Notes: generated from the sequence alone by a model not told the origin. Shown: positions 37,600-48,364, counted from the stretch's first letter. The stretch is 64,000 nucleotides of DNA from Candidatus Latescibacterota bacterium (GCA_965261395.1 OZ253462.1:3264001-3328000); one strand, 5' to 3'. Numbers and translations are program-made.

Positions 37600-40095
37600 A
37601 TGCCCTGTGGGATCTACTGGATTTGTCTACTTCTGGTCGGCGCAATATCCCGTCCTTCCCTAGCCGAGATCCAGATTTTCTCCATTCCCAAAGATATATC
37701 CTGGGAGGAGGCAGAGCAGCCTCCCCTTAGACCGGCCAAATTCTTCCATTCTATCGACTTCGAACGCATTCCGGACGGCATCATGTCGCTCGAGCCGAGC
37801 CGAGTAGCAGAGGTTCCCGATATTCCCCTCGAAGGGGACGTGTTGAGCGCTGATCAATGGGATCGCCTGTTCCGCTTTTCCCGGCATGTCGCGCAGCAGG
37901 ACGTGGTGGCCGAGCGGGCAGTGGAACTGGAAGACGGGCGGGTGATCGAGGTGGGAGAAGTCTTGTTCCCCCGCCTAGGCAACCTGCCCGGCAGCATCGA
38001 CGATGTGCGGCTTTTGCTGCGGGCTGGTGTGCGGCAGGTGCCGGTCTTGATCAACGTGGCCGAGTCCTTTCCCAAGACCGAAGTAGAGACCAAGTTCAGC
38101 AAGAATATCAACCTCATCAGTCCGAGTTTTTTCGAGTACGCTCTCACGCAGGACCAGAAAGAGGTGGAGTTCGCCGAGATATTCGACGGCAATCCGCACA
38201 CCTCTTTCGAGCGCGTGGACAAGCCCGGACAAGATATCGTCAAGAAGATGATTCTCGTAGTGGACTTGGATCGCTTCTTTCCTCTGTCCCTGATTCGCTT
38301 TTATCCCAAACCCGGGGGACTGCGGCTCTCGGCCTATACCCTCCGCTTGGGAGTTCCCGGCACGGAAAGACCCATAGCTGGCCTGGACCTCGAAGATCCG
38401 GAGAACGGCAATCCGGGCTTTCCCAAGTACATCAAGGTGGCCGATGCCCTGCCGACTTTTGTAATTGCGCAGAGTGTGCCGGTCAACCGGCAGGACACGG
38501 CGGCGGTCTTCTTTGAGCCGCCGCGTCGGCTGCGTTACTTCCGCCTAGATGTGGATACCAACCTCGACTACGACCTGGCGGAAATGGAGGCATTTGCCGA
38601 CGGCTTTATGCCCAGCGCCTCCTATGTCACCCAGGTTCTGGAGCTTCCTCGATCCACCCTAGGGCGGATTTTCTGGGAAGAGGAAAAGATAGGCGATCCA
38701 AGCCAGTCGCAGGCCGTACTCAGCTTTCAGACTGGCTTGACCGAGGAGTCCGAGGTCCTGTTCCGCAAAACCGATTTCGACGACCAGTTCGAGTGGCAGC
38801 GGCAGGAGGATGGCGGGGCCCTCGTCGTCGATCGGCGGACAGGATCCGGGACTTTTGGCCAGGAGGTCGACTTGAACGCCCTCGAATTGCGCTTAGATGC
38901 CCGCGAGATTTTCAGCGCCCTGAGCGACGAGGAACGCCTAGCCGTGCGTCTCACGCGCGAACAGTACCAAGAGTTGCCCGGCAATCAGATAAGCAAGGTA
39001 GAGCCGGCTCTGCGCTTTTGGAGCGGCTTCCAGCCGCTGGAGAGCGGAGACGCTATCAACGCTCCGAGCGGGCGGCCCTACTTCCAAGTCCGGATCGACT
39101 TTTCCAGTGAGAGTGCGCGGGCGGCTACGGCAATCCGCAACCTGCGCTTTGAATTTGAGACTCCGCTGCTGGTCCAGGAGGCCAAAGGGGAAATTGCCCC
39201 GGCCGCAGATGTAATCGCTGGCAGGGACACGCTGTTCATGTTTGCGCTACAGACGAGTCTGGCAGCGGAAAATGCGGGCTTCAACCGGCTGCATATCCGC
39301 ACTCCGGCGCGGATCCGCGCAATCGAATCGGTGAGCGTAGCGTTGGAGGACAGCCCAGTGCGAGAACTGCGGCGGATTCCGCTGGGGGATCGGCGCGAGC
39401 CGGGTGAGGACGAGTTCAAGGAAGTGGCTATAGAGGACCAGTTTTTTGCAGTGGAGTTGCCGCGGCTGCGGACCTCGGAAGACGGGCTTTCCCGAACGGC
39501 TCTCATCCGGGTGAAATTCATCGGCCGGGTGCTTGATTTCAGAACCCGGTTTCAGGCCCATGTCTTTCTCGACACGCTAGGGGCGCGCGACCGGACGGAG
39601 TTTGTCGACGGAGGAGTTGTGATCATCAATGAGAACGAAGCCGGTGCGGACACGCTGGGCTTTTTGTTGCTCCAAGAAGTTGGAGAGGGAAATGTAGTGA
39701 ATTTTGCCGCTGCCGAGTTGCTGGAGGACCGCAACTCATTGAGCGTGGTGGCCGATATCTCGGCCCAGAGCAAAAAGCTGGTGGACAATGTTGGAGTCGC
39801 TCCCAATCCGTTCACGCCCAATGGAGACGGAGTCAACGACGAAGTGGTCATCTCCTATGATATATTGCGGCTGATAAGGCCTGGTCTGGTGAGTCTGGAG
39901 GTTTTCGATTTGACTGGCTACCGCCGGCGCCTAATCGGGGAACTCCTGTTGACTTCAGGAGGCTACACCGAGACCTGGGATGGTCGAGACGAGAACGGCC
40001 AACCCGTGCCTCCTGGGATCTATTTGCTGCGTATCAGAGGAGACACGGATACCAAGGAGTCGGTCGCACTAAAACAGGTAGCGGTGGTTTATTAG
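37600..40095 (+). CDS. Exported 'family B1' protein with C-terminal FTPNGD/FlgD-Ig domain
   Basis: Signal peptide. Motifs LAEMEAFADGF, FWSGF, GEIAP and GFNRL. C-terminus PNPFTPNGDGVND...WDGRDENG..VPPGIY...AVVY. Confidence 0.85.
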   Translation: MPCGIYWICLLLVGAISRPSLAEIQIFSIPKDISWEEAEQPPLRPAKFFHSIDFERIPDGIMSLEPSRVAEVPDIPLEGDVLSADQWDRLFRFSRHVAQQDVVAERAVELEDGRVIEVGEVLFPRLGNLPGSIDDVRLLLRAGVRQVPVLINVAESFPKTEVETKFSKNINLISPSFFEYALTQDQKEVEFAEIFDGNPHTSFERVDKPGQDIVKKMILVVDLDRFFPLSLIRFYPKPGGLRLSAYTLRLGVPGTERPIAGLDLEDPENGNPGFPKYIKVADALPTFVIAQSVPVNRQDTAAVFFEPPRRLRYFRLDVDTNLDYDLAEMEAFADGFMPSASYVTQVLELPRSTLGRIFWEEEKIGDPSQSQAVLSFQTGLTEESEVLFRKTDFDDQFEWQRQEDGGALVVDRRTGSGTFGQEVDLNALELRLDAREIFSALSDEERLAVRLTREQYQELPGNQISKVEPALRFWSGFQPLESGDAINAPSGRPYFQVRIDFSSESARAATAIRNLRFEFETPLLVQEAKGEIAPAADVIAGRDTLFMFALQTSLAAENAGFNRLHIRTPARIRAIESVSVALEDSPVRELRRIPLGDRREPGEDEFKEVAIEDQFFAVELPRLRTSEDGLSRTALIRVKFIGRVLDFRTRFQAHVFLDTLGARDRTEFVDGGVVIINENEAGADTLGFLLLQEVGEGNVVNFAAAELLEDRNSLSVVADISAQSKKLVDNVGVAPNPFTPNGDGVNDEVVISYDILRLIRPGLVSLEVFDLTGYRRRLIGELLLTSGGYTETWDGRDENGQPVPPGIYLLRIRGDTDTKESVALKQVAVVY

Positions 40096-40174
40096 ACTCT
40101 TTCCATATTCGGCGATCCGCTCCGCGGGTTGAGCACGCCCGACCAGGCTATCCAACGCGGAAGGAAAAGACAAG

Positions 40175-43100
40175 ATGGAAAAGTACATCCTGTGGCTCAT
40201 TTCGAGTCTGGTTCTGGGGGGAACGCTCCATCCCCTCCTCGCCCAAGGTCAGGCGTACCGGCTTACCGATAAGGCGGTTTACGTCGACCTTCCCGCGCAC
40301 TGGCGGAACTGGGAGTACCAGAACGACCTAGTCAGCAGCCTAAAAGTGGCGGTGGATTCCACGGGGTTGTTCATCGTCGATGGCGCGGGAATTCGCCCCC
40401 GGTATTTCACCGACAAGAAAAACGCGTCTCTTGAAGCCGGTCGACTTTTTTATACAGATGTAATTCGCGCCAATGGGAAAATTGTAGCGGCTGGGGCTTC
40501 GAGTCTTTCCAACGACCGCTTGGCTGCTGGTGCTATTGATGGCCGTCTGACGACCTACTGGGAGCCGGCCACCAGCGATGTCAATCCAGAGGGACTGCGC
40601 ACGTGGGAACTCCTAGTGGATCTGGGTCAGCTAGTGGTGGTGGACAGCATCACCGTGGTCTTCCCCGGTGCCCCGGATGAGGAAGATCTCGGCGACCCGC
40701 TCAAGACCTTTGTGTTGCTGGCGTCAATGGGCGAGCCTTCGCTGAGCACGGACAGCCAGAACATCAAATTCACGCTGTTGGGCAAAGCCACGGACCGGGA
40801 CCTGCAGCCGATGGGTACCGATGGCCGCTGGCGTCAGATTACCTTCTCTGTAGAGCCTCTCGATCGGGCGGACTTTGACCTAGACGGCTTTCCAGACATG
40901 CAGAGTTCTTTCCTGCACTATGTCAAAATCAAGGCCACGGACAGCGATTATGACCGCCGGATCTCGATCGGCGAGGGAGATTCGGCTCGGGTAGTGTACG
41001 AGACCCTGCCGCCGTTCCGGCGGGGCAAGCGGATCTACCAGCGGGCGACAGCGGGTGGATTGCTGGCCGAGGTGTCCGAGGAGGTCTACCAAGGTCTATC
41101 CCCGGACCGCAAGGGGCCCATCCGCTACTTTGTGAGGGAAGTGCCCCGCGTCCAAGAGGTGCAGGTGTGGACCAAGGGAGACAATCTAGTGCGCGATCTC
41201 ACCAAGCGAGCCGGGAGTTCCTATGAGGATGGTGGGCGGGGTGCCCCTTGGTGGTCAACGGACGGTCTCTACAATACCTGGTGGACGGCCAATGTGTGGT
41301 CGGCCCTCTATGCTAGGGCGACTATGTGGATTGATCTGGGGGCGACCTTTTGGACGGACGAGATGTACGTAGTTATGAACGGCAACTACTTTATCGGACA
41401 CGAATTTCTGGCCTCGGACGGCACCCTGTTGAATCCGGTTAAAATCGAGAGCCCGGAGGACTTCCCCCAACTGGAAAACGGACTGCAGTGGGAGAATATC
41501 ATCAGCGCTGGCAAGGTGGACAACCGGACTACCCAAGTGCGGATGTTCAGCGAGGAATTCACCCGGCGCAAAGTTCGCTTCCTCCAGGTCCGGGACATCG
41601 ACATCAGTGGGCGTCAATCCGGTCGCTACGGATCTTTTGGCAACCTCGCGGAGCTACAGTTGTACGGCAGCGGATACCCCGTCAGCGTGTGGCTCTACTC
41701 CCAGCCCATCCGCCTGCAGCGCCAAGGCGAAGATCGGCAGACGACCCTGTCCAGGATTGCCTGGGAGGGTGAGGCCATCGTCCGCCGACAAGATCCGAGC
41801 GGGGCCTTCATCGAAGTGGCCGAACCCCTCGATCTGCACCCGGAGGTCAGCTTGCAAATCCAGACCCGCACCAGTGAGCAGACCGACTCGCTCTTCACCT
41901 ATTTCGAGGTAGTCGATGACGGGGCAGGAGATTTTGTTCGCACGGAAATAGACGCGGAGCGCTATGGAGATCTGGAGCTGAGTTGGCGGGTCTGGAACCA
42001 CTGGCTGAGTCTGCCTCAAAGCAAACGCCACAAGAGCAAGCAGGATGATGATGGGGACGGCCAAAAAGACGAAGATAAGATCGATTTTATCGACAACGAC
42101 GGGGACGGCCAAATCGACGAGGATGGCAAGAAGCTGCGGCGGGCTCCCCGACAAACCCCAGACAGGGCAGGCGAGTTGGCTTTTGTGGGGTGGAGTTCTT
42201 GGAGCCGGAACTACCGGCCAACTGGGGGTCGTAGAGAGGCCGTGGTCACTTCTCCCAATCCCCGCAAGTTCCTACAGATTCGGGTAAACCTTCAATCGGA
42301 AGATCCCAATGCCACCGTTCGCCTCAAAGCGCTCCGCGTGGATCTCGTCCCGCCGCTGGCCCTGAACACAGGGGCTGAACTCGCCTTGCTGACTCCTCAG
42401 GGGCTGGAGCGCCCCTTGCACGATCTGGAGTCCGAGCCGCTGGACTATCGCCCGCCCCGCCAAGTCAACCCGCTGGAATTGCAGACCTATTCGTATTTCA
42501 TCCGGGCGGCCGGGCCCGATCCGCTGCAGCCGGAGGTGCAGGAGGGATTCGACGAAATCCTCATCCTCACCAAGCAGCCAGCCGCATTGCGGGGTGTGCG
42601 TCTCGGTGAGGTTCGGGTGGTTCGGGAATCGCGGGACAGCTTGCAGACCGCAATCAGGGCCATGGAGACCCGCTTCACCGACTACTTCCAGCGGGTGCCC
42701 GGAGACAGTCTCTTCCGCAATGTCGAGGGCCAGTCTCTGCAAATGCTGGCGCGGCCGGGTTCGGATTCGCTCTACTTTCGTCTGCCCTTTTCCCTCAACA
42801 AAGACAACCGAGGGCAGACCCACGCCATTGCCGAGGTGCAGTTGGCCGTGAAAATGTACCGGGATGGGACGGAATTGCACAGTTCCATGCGCAATTCTCA
42901 GAACCCTGAAATGGACTTTCAGAAGGTCGAATTCGACGGTCAGGACGCCACTGAGCTGGTCGAACACAACGCCGTCCGGGTCAGTCTAGACCAGTCCGCC
43001 GACGAGTTGGTCCGCGTGTTGGAGGTGAACCCCTTTGTCACGCCCAACGGGGACGGCGTCAACGATCAGTTGCAGATCGAATTCGCTCTGATACAGATCC

Positions 43101-43345
43101 TGCAAGATCGTCCCATCGAAGTTGCACTATACGACTTGTCCGGCCGGCTGGTCGGCCGTGCCGTCCAGATGCAGGAGGGAAGGGTGATAGAGAGCATCGG
43201 CAAAGCAGGTGAGCTGCAGTTCACTTGGGATGGGCGCAATCCATCCGGGGCGCTGGTGCCTCCGGGAATCTACCTGTGCCGGATCCAAGTCGAAGCCGAC
43301 CAGGGCGACGAAAAGGTCGTGCTTCCCGTGCACGTGGTCTATTGA
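40175..43345 (+). CDS. Exported 'family B2' protein with DxDGDGxxDED insert and C-terminal FTPNGD/FlgD-Ig domain
   Basis: N-terminus AQGQAYRLT...HWRNWE parallels 10299 (AQGSSYRLT...HWRAWE). Motif DGRLTTYWEP. C-terminus VTPNGDGVND...WDGRN..G..VPPGIY...HVVY. Confidence 0.87.
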   Translation: MEKYILWLISSLVLGGTLHPLLAQGQAYRLTDKAVYVDLPAHWRNWEYQNDLVSSLKVAVDSTGLFIVDGAGIRPRYFTDKKNASLEAGRLFYTDVIRANGKIVAAGASSLSNDRLAAGAIDGRLTTYWEPATSDVNPEGLRTWELLVDLGQLVVVDSITVVFPGAPDEEDLGDPLKTFVLLASMGEPSLSTDSQNIKFTLLGKATDRDLQPMGTDGRWRQITFSVEPLDRADFDLDGFPDMQSSFLHYVKIKATDSDYDRRISIGEGDSARVVYETLPPFRRGKRIYQRATAGGLLAEVSEEVYQGLSPDRKGPIRYFVREVPRVQEVQVWTKGDNLVRDLTKRAGSSYEDGGRGAPWWSTDGLYNTWWTANVWSALYARATMWIDLGATFWTDEMYVVMNGNYFIGHEFLASDGTLLNPVKIESPEDFPQLENGLQWENIISAGKVDNRTTQVRMFSEEFTRRKVRFLQVRDIDISGRQSGRYGSFGNLAELQLYGSGYPVSVWLYSQPIRLQRQGEDRQTTLSRIAWEGEAIVRRQDPSGAFIEVAEPLDLHPEVSLQIQTRTSEQTDSLFTYFEVVDDGAGDFVRTEIDAERYGDLELSWRVWNHWLSLPQSKRHKSKQDDDGDGQKDEDKIDFIDNDGDGQIDEDGKKLRRAPRQTPDRAGELAFVGWSSWSRNYRPTGGRREAVVTSPNPRKFLQIRVNLQSEDPNATVRLKALRVDLVPPLALNTGAELALLTPQGLERPLHDLESEPLDYRPPRQVNPLELQTYSYFIRAAGPDPLQPEVQEGFDEILILTKQPAALRGVRLGEVRVVRESRDSLQTAIRAMETRFTDYFQRVPGDSLFRNVEGQSLQMLARPGSDSLYFRLPFSLNKDNRGQTHAIAEVQLAVKMYRDGTELHSSMRNSQNPEMDFQKVEFDGQDATELVEHNAVRVSLDQSADELVRVLEVNPFVTPNGDGVNDQLQIEFALIQILQDRPIEVALYDLSGRLVGRAVQMQEGRVIESIGKAGELQFTWDGRNPSGALVPPGIYLCRIQVEADQGDEKVVLPVHVVY

Positions 43346-43393
43346 GTCGAGATCTACCGAGATAATTCCACTCGAGTCTGGCAGGAGGGTGTT

Positions 43394-46135
43394 GTGCACA
43401 GACCATACGGCAGACGTTTCGTATGTTTTTTTGCCCTGTGCGTCCTACTCGCAGAGGAGCCGCTCCAAGCCCAGGAAATCGGCACCCGCCTAGGGGCGCG
43501 GCGCGGCGGCGAGATTTCCTATGAATTGCAGGGTTCGGGCGTGCTTTTTGATGCCTTGGATCCGGCGGTCAAGAAGTGGTACGTACCCCAGGAGTTATTC
43601 TACGAATTCCAGTGGCGCCAGTGGCAGTATTCCAACTACGCTCGCAGCCGCTACCTCAGGTACGTGAACACCTCGCTCGAAGGAGACTATTTCTACGATC
43701 TCTACGGCAATTTCATCACCCGCGGCAAACTCGTATACGACTGGCGCGTCTCCACTCCCCAAGTGGCCGGGAATGCCCTGTTCAAGGGCAGCGAGTTCAG
43801 ATCTTGGTTCAACAACTTGGTGATCGCCTCGGACTCAAAGGGCCAGTACTTCTACAGCCTGACCGTGGGCGACAGGATTCGCACGACGCTGACGCCCATG
43901 ACCTTTTCCAAACCCAGCTTTACTGGTATGCAGTTCGATTTCGCCAGCGACAAGTACGAGTTTACCCTCCTTGCCTCGCGTCCCAGCGCGGCCGGAGCAG
44001 TCGGCGACCTGGGGCCCTCCGGAGCCGGTGAGCGCTCCAATGATACCAATCTATTGGGAGGTCGTGGCACCATCCAGGTGGGTGACTTCGTCCGGTTGGG
44101 GACGACCTATGTCAGCGCCTTCAATGCGCAGACCAAGAACCAAGCCTTCTCGGGGAACCCGTTCAGGGGCACCTTGACCGAAGGGCAGAACAACGATGTA
44201 ACGCGCATTGAGATCCGCCTGAGTGACGACTCGCCCGAAGACGGCGATGGCGGGACGGCCTTCTTCCAAGAAGAGATCATCATCACCAATATCGACGGCA
44301 AGCGCTTCAGCAATCGCCGTCCTTTGGACGGCAATTCCATCCTCAACTTTTTCCCCACTATCCAAGGCGGCTTCCGCCAGGAAGGCTTCCTCTCGGCCGA
44401 TGGCAGCGAAGTCATAAGCCTGATATACGATCTGGAGGGTCCAGAATACCGCCAGGCCTTTGGCCCGGCTCCCGATCGGATCAAGAGCGTCGAATTCGTG
44501 CTGCTGCTGGCCAATGACTATCGCATTGACCTGACCTCCAACCGCCAAGTGAACCAGAAACGACAACCGGTGACGCTGGCCGAGGGCATTCCCGAGCGCA
44601 CAATTCGCGCCCCGGGCAATGTCCAGGACGGCTCCAACCAGCGTTTTATTTCCCTCCTGTACGGACTACCCGTAGGCAACGAAATCTTCGGCTTTACCCT
44701 CGATGTGGAAAATGCGCAGGGATTTTTCCTGGCGGGCGAATTCGCCCACAACCGGCAACACAAGCGCTATCCACGCCGGCTGGAAACGGATGTGACCGAA
44801 CACACGCCTTCTCAAGAAAGCGGGGACGCTTGGTTTCTGAATCTGTACAAACGGGCTCATCCGCTGTTCTTTTTTGCCGAAGCCTACAGCATGGATCCAA
44901 GCTACAGTACCAGCACTTTCCTGGCGGGCGTCCAGAACGATCTGGGACCGATCCTCTACGACGACAACCGCCAGTTTGTCTACGAATTTGTCGAGGACAA
45001 CGACGACCAGGACCGCTTCCCCGACTGGTTCCGCCGCGGTTTCACTCGCGACACCGAGATCTTTCCGGGCTGGGATGAGAACAGAGACTTCATCGTCGAC
45101 TTCAACCAGAATGACAATCTCCGGCGTCCCAACACCATCCCCGACTACGAAGAGCCCTTCCTGCGCTACAGTTCGGACCGGCCGGACTTTCTCTTTGGGA
45201 TCGACATGAACAACAACGGCATTGTCGATCGCTTTGAGAACGACATCCAGCCGGACTATCTCTACAAGCGGGATCGACGGGGCTACAATATCTACGTCGG
45301 TTCCAGTCTGGGGCCCGACGCCCGTCTGAGCGTGGGACGCCAGCGCGAGAGGCAATTGGCGGATGATCGGCGGAACAAAAGTACCTATCTATTGCTGACC
45401 TACGAGAAGGATTTTCCGCGGCGAGGACGGCTGCAATTCTACGACAATCTGCGCAGGATTGAGGACAATATCCGCGACAACGTGATAGAATGGGTGCTCC
45501 GGGAGGGGTCGCGAGGAGATTTCGTGCCCTTCGAAGACCCCCTGCCCGCCCGCAATGCCTGGGCCAATACTCTCTACTTGGGCTACCATTACGCCGCGGA
45601 TAACCTGCGCATTATCAACCGCTTCAAATACGAGTTCTTCCGCCAAGTGGACTTCGATGAGCGGCCTTTCAAGCAGCAGAACATCCGCGAGATGGCCAGC
45701 CTGCTGGGGATCATCAACAAAGCGGAATACACCTTTAACTTGGGCGCTCTGCGGCTGGAGCCGCGCTGGAAGAACGAGTTTTTGCGCCACCGGCCCACCC
45801 GCAAAGAAGAACAGATCCGCGTGGCTACTACCGAACTACGGGAGCTTTTGTCCCTGATAGGTCGCATTTCGATTCTATCCAGGACCACCCTGCAGGTCGG
45901 CCTGGAATACTTTTACGTCAACCAGTTCAGGGATATCCTCGAGAACGATCCGGTCCGCTCAGATCGCAATGAGCTGATCTATGCTCTCCAACTCACCAAC
46001 AACGTGGCCTACTTGGGCTACGACTTGTGGGCCCAGGCGGGTATCCACATCGCCCGGGTCGATCGGCAGGCCGCGGCCAAAGTGCAGACGGAGAGCAGCC
46101 TTTTTCTCACGCTGTACGCTGGTTTTGGGGAGTGA
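43394..46135 (+). CDS. Large exported protein, 'family A' copy 3
   Basis: Motifs LFDALDPAVKKWYVPQELF, GDRIRTTLTPMTFSKP, YEFVEDNDDQDRFPDW, IPDYEEPFL and GIDMNNNG..DRFEND, near-identical to copy 1. Confidence 0.87.
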   Translation: MHRPYGRRFVCFFALCVLLAEEPLQAQEIGTRLGARRGGEISYELQGSGVLFDALDPAVKKWYVPQELFYEFQWRQWQYSNYARSRYLRYVNTSLEGDYFYDLYGNFITRGKLVYDWRVSTPQVAGNALFKGSEFRSWFNNLVIASDSKGQYFYSLTVGDRIRTTLTPMTFSKPSFTGMQFDFASDKYEFTLLASRPSAAGAVGDLGPSGAGERSNDTNLLGGRGTIQVGDFVRLGTTYVSAFNAQTKNQAFSGNPFRGTLTEGQNNDVTRIEIRLSDDSPEDGDGGTAFFQEEIIITNIDGKRFSNRRPLDGNSILNFFPTIQGGFRQEGFLSADGSEVISLIYDLEGPEYRQAFGPAPDRIKSVEFVLLLANDYRIDLTSNRQVNQKRQPVTLAEGIPERTIRAPGNVQDGSNQRFISLLYGLPVGNEIFGFTLDVENAQGFFLAGEFAHNRQHKRYPRRLETDVTEHTPSQESGDAWFLNLYKRAHPLFFFAEAYSMDPSYSTSTFLAGVQNDLGPILYDDNRQFVYEFVEDNDDQDRFPDWFRRGFTRDTEIFPGWDENRDFIVDFNQNDNLRRPNTIPDYEEPFLRYSSDRPDFLFGIDMNNNGIVDRFENDIQPDYLYKRDRRGYNIYVGSSLGPDARLSVGRQRERQLADDRRNKSTYLLLTYEKDFPRRGRLQFYDNLRRIEDNIRDNVIEWVLREGSRGDFVPFEDPLPARNAWANTLYLGYHYAADNLRIINRFKYEFFRQVDFDERPFKQQNIREMASLLGIINKAEYTFNLGALRLEPRWKNEFLRHRPTRKEEQIRVATTELRELLSLIGRISILSRTTLQVGLEYFYVNQFRDILENDPVRSDRNELIYALQLTNNVAYLGYDLWAQAGIHIARVDRQAAAKVQTESSLFLTLYAGFGE

Positions 46136-46174
46136 GTTCGCTTCTCTCGGTGGAACTTGGAGGCCGTATCGATC

Positions 46175-48364
46175 ATGAGTAGACAGAAGAGCCTGCTGAT
46201 CTGGAGCGCCCTGTCCCTAGTGGGCGCAAGCGCACTGTCAGCAGAGGTCGAAAAGTGGCGAGTGGGGGACGAGATGCATCCTTGGCAACTGGTCCCGGTG
46301 AGCGGGATCACTCGGTGGGGCCGGGGCTGGGCCTTGGAAATCCTCCAAGACGGGGACGGTAGCACGTGGCTTAGTCCCGTCCGCCTAGACAGCACTTTGA
46401 ACTTGGTCGCCTTGCTTGCCGAACGGGCCCAAAGGGGTGAGTACGGTACAGATATCGCCATTGTCCCCAGCGAGGCGGGAGTCCGCATAGAAGTGGCCGA
46501 CCCCTTCAATACCACGGCCTATGGGGGGACCAAAAAAAACAGGGCCAAGATGGCCGACGGCGATCTGTTCACTGCCTACGGTCTCACCACCCGAGACGCC
46601 AATGCTCGCTTCGACCTCCGCTTTCAGGGCTACTACTACATCCAGCGGATCGTTTTCCAGCCGCGCCCCAGCGTGCCAGAGGCCACCATGCGGGATTACT
46701 GGGTGCGCTACGGGAATGCCGCGCACATCAACAACAACAGGCTGAGTGTCTATCCCTTTGTGATCCCTCCCCAAGTCGGCCAGCAAATACCCGTAATCAA
46801 GGATATATCTCTGGATCAACCACTGCTGATGGGGATGGTGGACATTCTCTCCCGACATCCACCCGGCGAGTACTGGGAGATCGCCGAGGTGGAAATTTAC
46901 GGAGATGGGTATCCCACGGATGGTTTCTATGCTTCGGAGATAATCGACTTGGGGGTGAATCCACCCGGCGTGCGGCGCTATACCCAGCAGTGGGATCGTT
47001 ACAAGCTAGAAGACCGGACAGAAGTAGAGAGCCAGTTCCCCGACCAGGAGGGCAATTCGGTCACCTGGGGAAAGGTGCGCTGGAAAGCCCGTCGCCTGGG
47101 GGAGGAAGGGGACGTGCGCATTCAGTTTCGCGCCGGAAATTCCTTGGACACCCATATTTACCAGCGGCGAGTGGGGAAGGATGTGGTCGATATGCGGGAC
47201 GAAAACGGCCGTACCCTGGACGCGTTCGGTTGGGCGAATCTCAACTCGCTGATGCGGGTGCCAGAGCACAACCTACCCTACAACGAGTTGGGTGCCCCAC
47301 TGGGGGCCGATGGTCCCAAAGGCTGGAGTTTCTGGTCGGCGTCGCTCCGCTACGAGGATGGCTTGGTTGATCAGACGCGGCCGGCAGAGGAGAGCGGCAT
47401 CCTCCTGCCCTTGCCCAGTCAGACCCGCTATCTGCAATTTCGCATCTTCTTCGACAGTTTGCAGCACAGCGCGGTGCTCTTCGACTACCTCGAATTCGAA
47501 TACGATGTCCCCATAGTGGGCCACGGAGTCCGCGGCGAAATCTTTCCTCCCCAGGCGTCCTTAGGTGAGGAGACCACGTTCCGCTATTTTCTCAAACCCT
47601 TCTTTGACCCAAACGACCACAGGGGCTTCAACCGCATTGAGATCGCCGTGCCCAGCCGGGACACTAGGATTCAGACGCTCAAGGTGGACGACCAGCCCTG
47701 GGTAGAGATACCAGTGGCGGCCACAGAGGGGGTAGAGCCGCAACGGCTGCCGCCAGAGCCCGGCGGACTCGATTCACTGGGGCAGTTCACCCAGACCATG
47801 GTCCTAGGCAGCTCCAGCAAGCTGTTGGTCGAGCTGCCGCCCCTCGACGTGGCCGATTTTCCGCCGGGACAGGAGCGGAATATTGAGATCGTCTTCACCT
47901 CAACCCTCTTCAATGGCTCGTGGCAGTTCACCAGCGCGGTGTGGAACGACGCCGAAAAGGGCATCCCCCAGCCCACGGAACCCGGGGATGCCAGTCCCGA
48001 ATTGAGTACGGACGTATTCACCGTAGTGGCAGAAAATTTAGGGAACCTCATCAATCGGCCCCTTGTGGAACCCAATCCCTTTACACCCAACGGCGACGGA
48101 ATTAACGACGAAGCCCTAATCTCCGTTGACCTCTTTCTGATTTCCGAGCCCATAGAACTCACCGTTGATCTGTACGACTTGTCGGGGCGTCGGGTGCGCA
48201 GCCTGGGACACGGGCGGCACGGGGCTGGTGTGGTCGAGTTGCGCTGGGACGGTCGGGACGACAGGGGGGGGATACTGCCCCCCGGAATTTACCTATATCG
48301 CGTAAGAGCGGATGCGGACGACAAACTCAAAAGGCAGACCGGGATCTTGGCCATGCTCTATTGA
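46175..48364 (+). CDS. Exported 'family B1' protein with C-terminal FTPNGD/FlgD-Ig domain
   Basis: RBS GGAGG, ATG46175 and signal peptide ending ALSA. Motifs WEIAEVEIYGDGY, WSFWS, GEIFP and GFNRIEI. C-terminus PNPFTPNGDGIND...AMLY. Confidence 0.85.
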   Translation: MSRQKSLLIWSALSLVGASALSAEVEKWRVGDEMHPWQLVPVSGITRWGRGWALEILQDGDGSTWLSPVRLDSTLNLVALLAERAQRGEYGTDIAIVPSEAGVRIEVADPFNTTAYGGTKKNRAKMADGDLFTAYGLTTRDANARFDLRFQGYYYIQRIVFQPRPSVPEATMRDYWVRYGNAAHINNNRLSVYPFVIPPQVGQQIPVIKDISLDQPLLMGMVDILSRHPPGEYWEIAEVEIYGDGYPTDGFYASEIIDLGVNPPGVRRYTQQWDRYKLEDRTEVESQFPDQEGNSVTWGKVRWKARRLGEEGDVRIQFRAGNSLDTHIYQRRVGKDVVDMRDENGRTLDAFGWANLNSLMRVPEHNLPYNELGAPLGADGPKGWSFWSASLRYEDGLVDQTRPAEESGILLPLPSQTRYLQFRIFFDSLQHSAVLFDYLEFEYDVPIVGHGVRGEIFPPQASLGEETTFRYFLKPFFDPNDHRGFNRIEIAVPSRDTRIQTLKVDDQPWVEIPVAATEGVEPQRLPPEPGGLDSLGQFTQTMVLGSSSKLLVELPPLDVADFPPGQERNIEIVFTSTLFNGSWQFTSAVWNDAEKGIPQPTEPGDASPELSTDVFTVVAENLGNLINRPLVEPNPFTPNGDGINDEALISVDLFLISEPIELTVDLYDLSGRRVRSLGHGRHGAGVVELRWDGRDDRGGILPPGIYLYRVRADADDKLKRQTGILAMLY

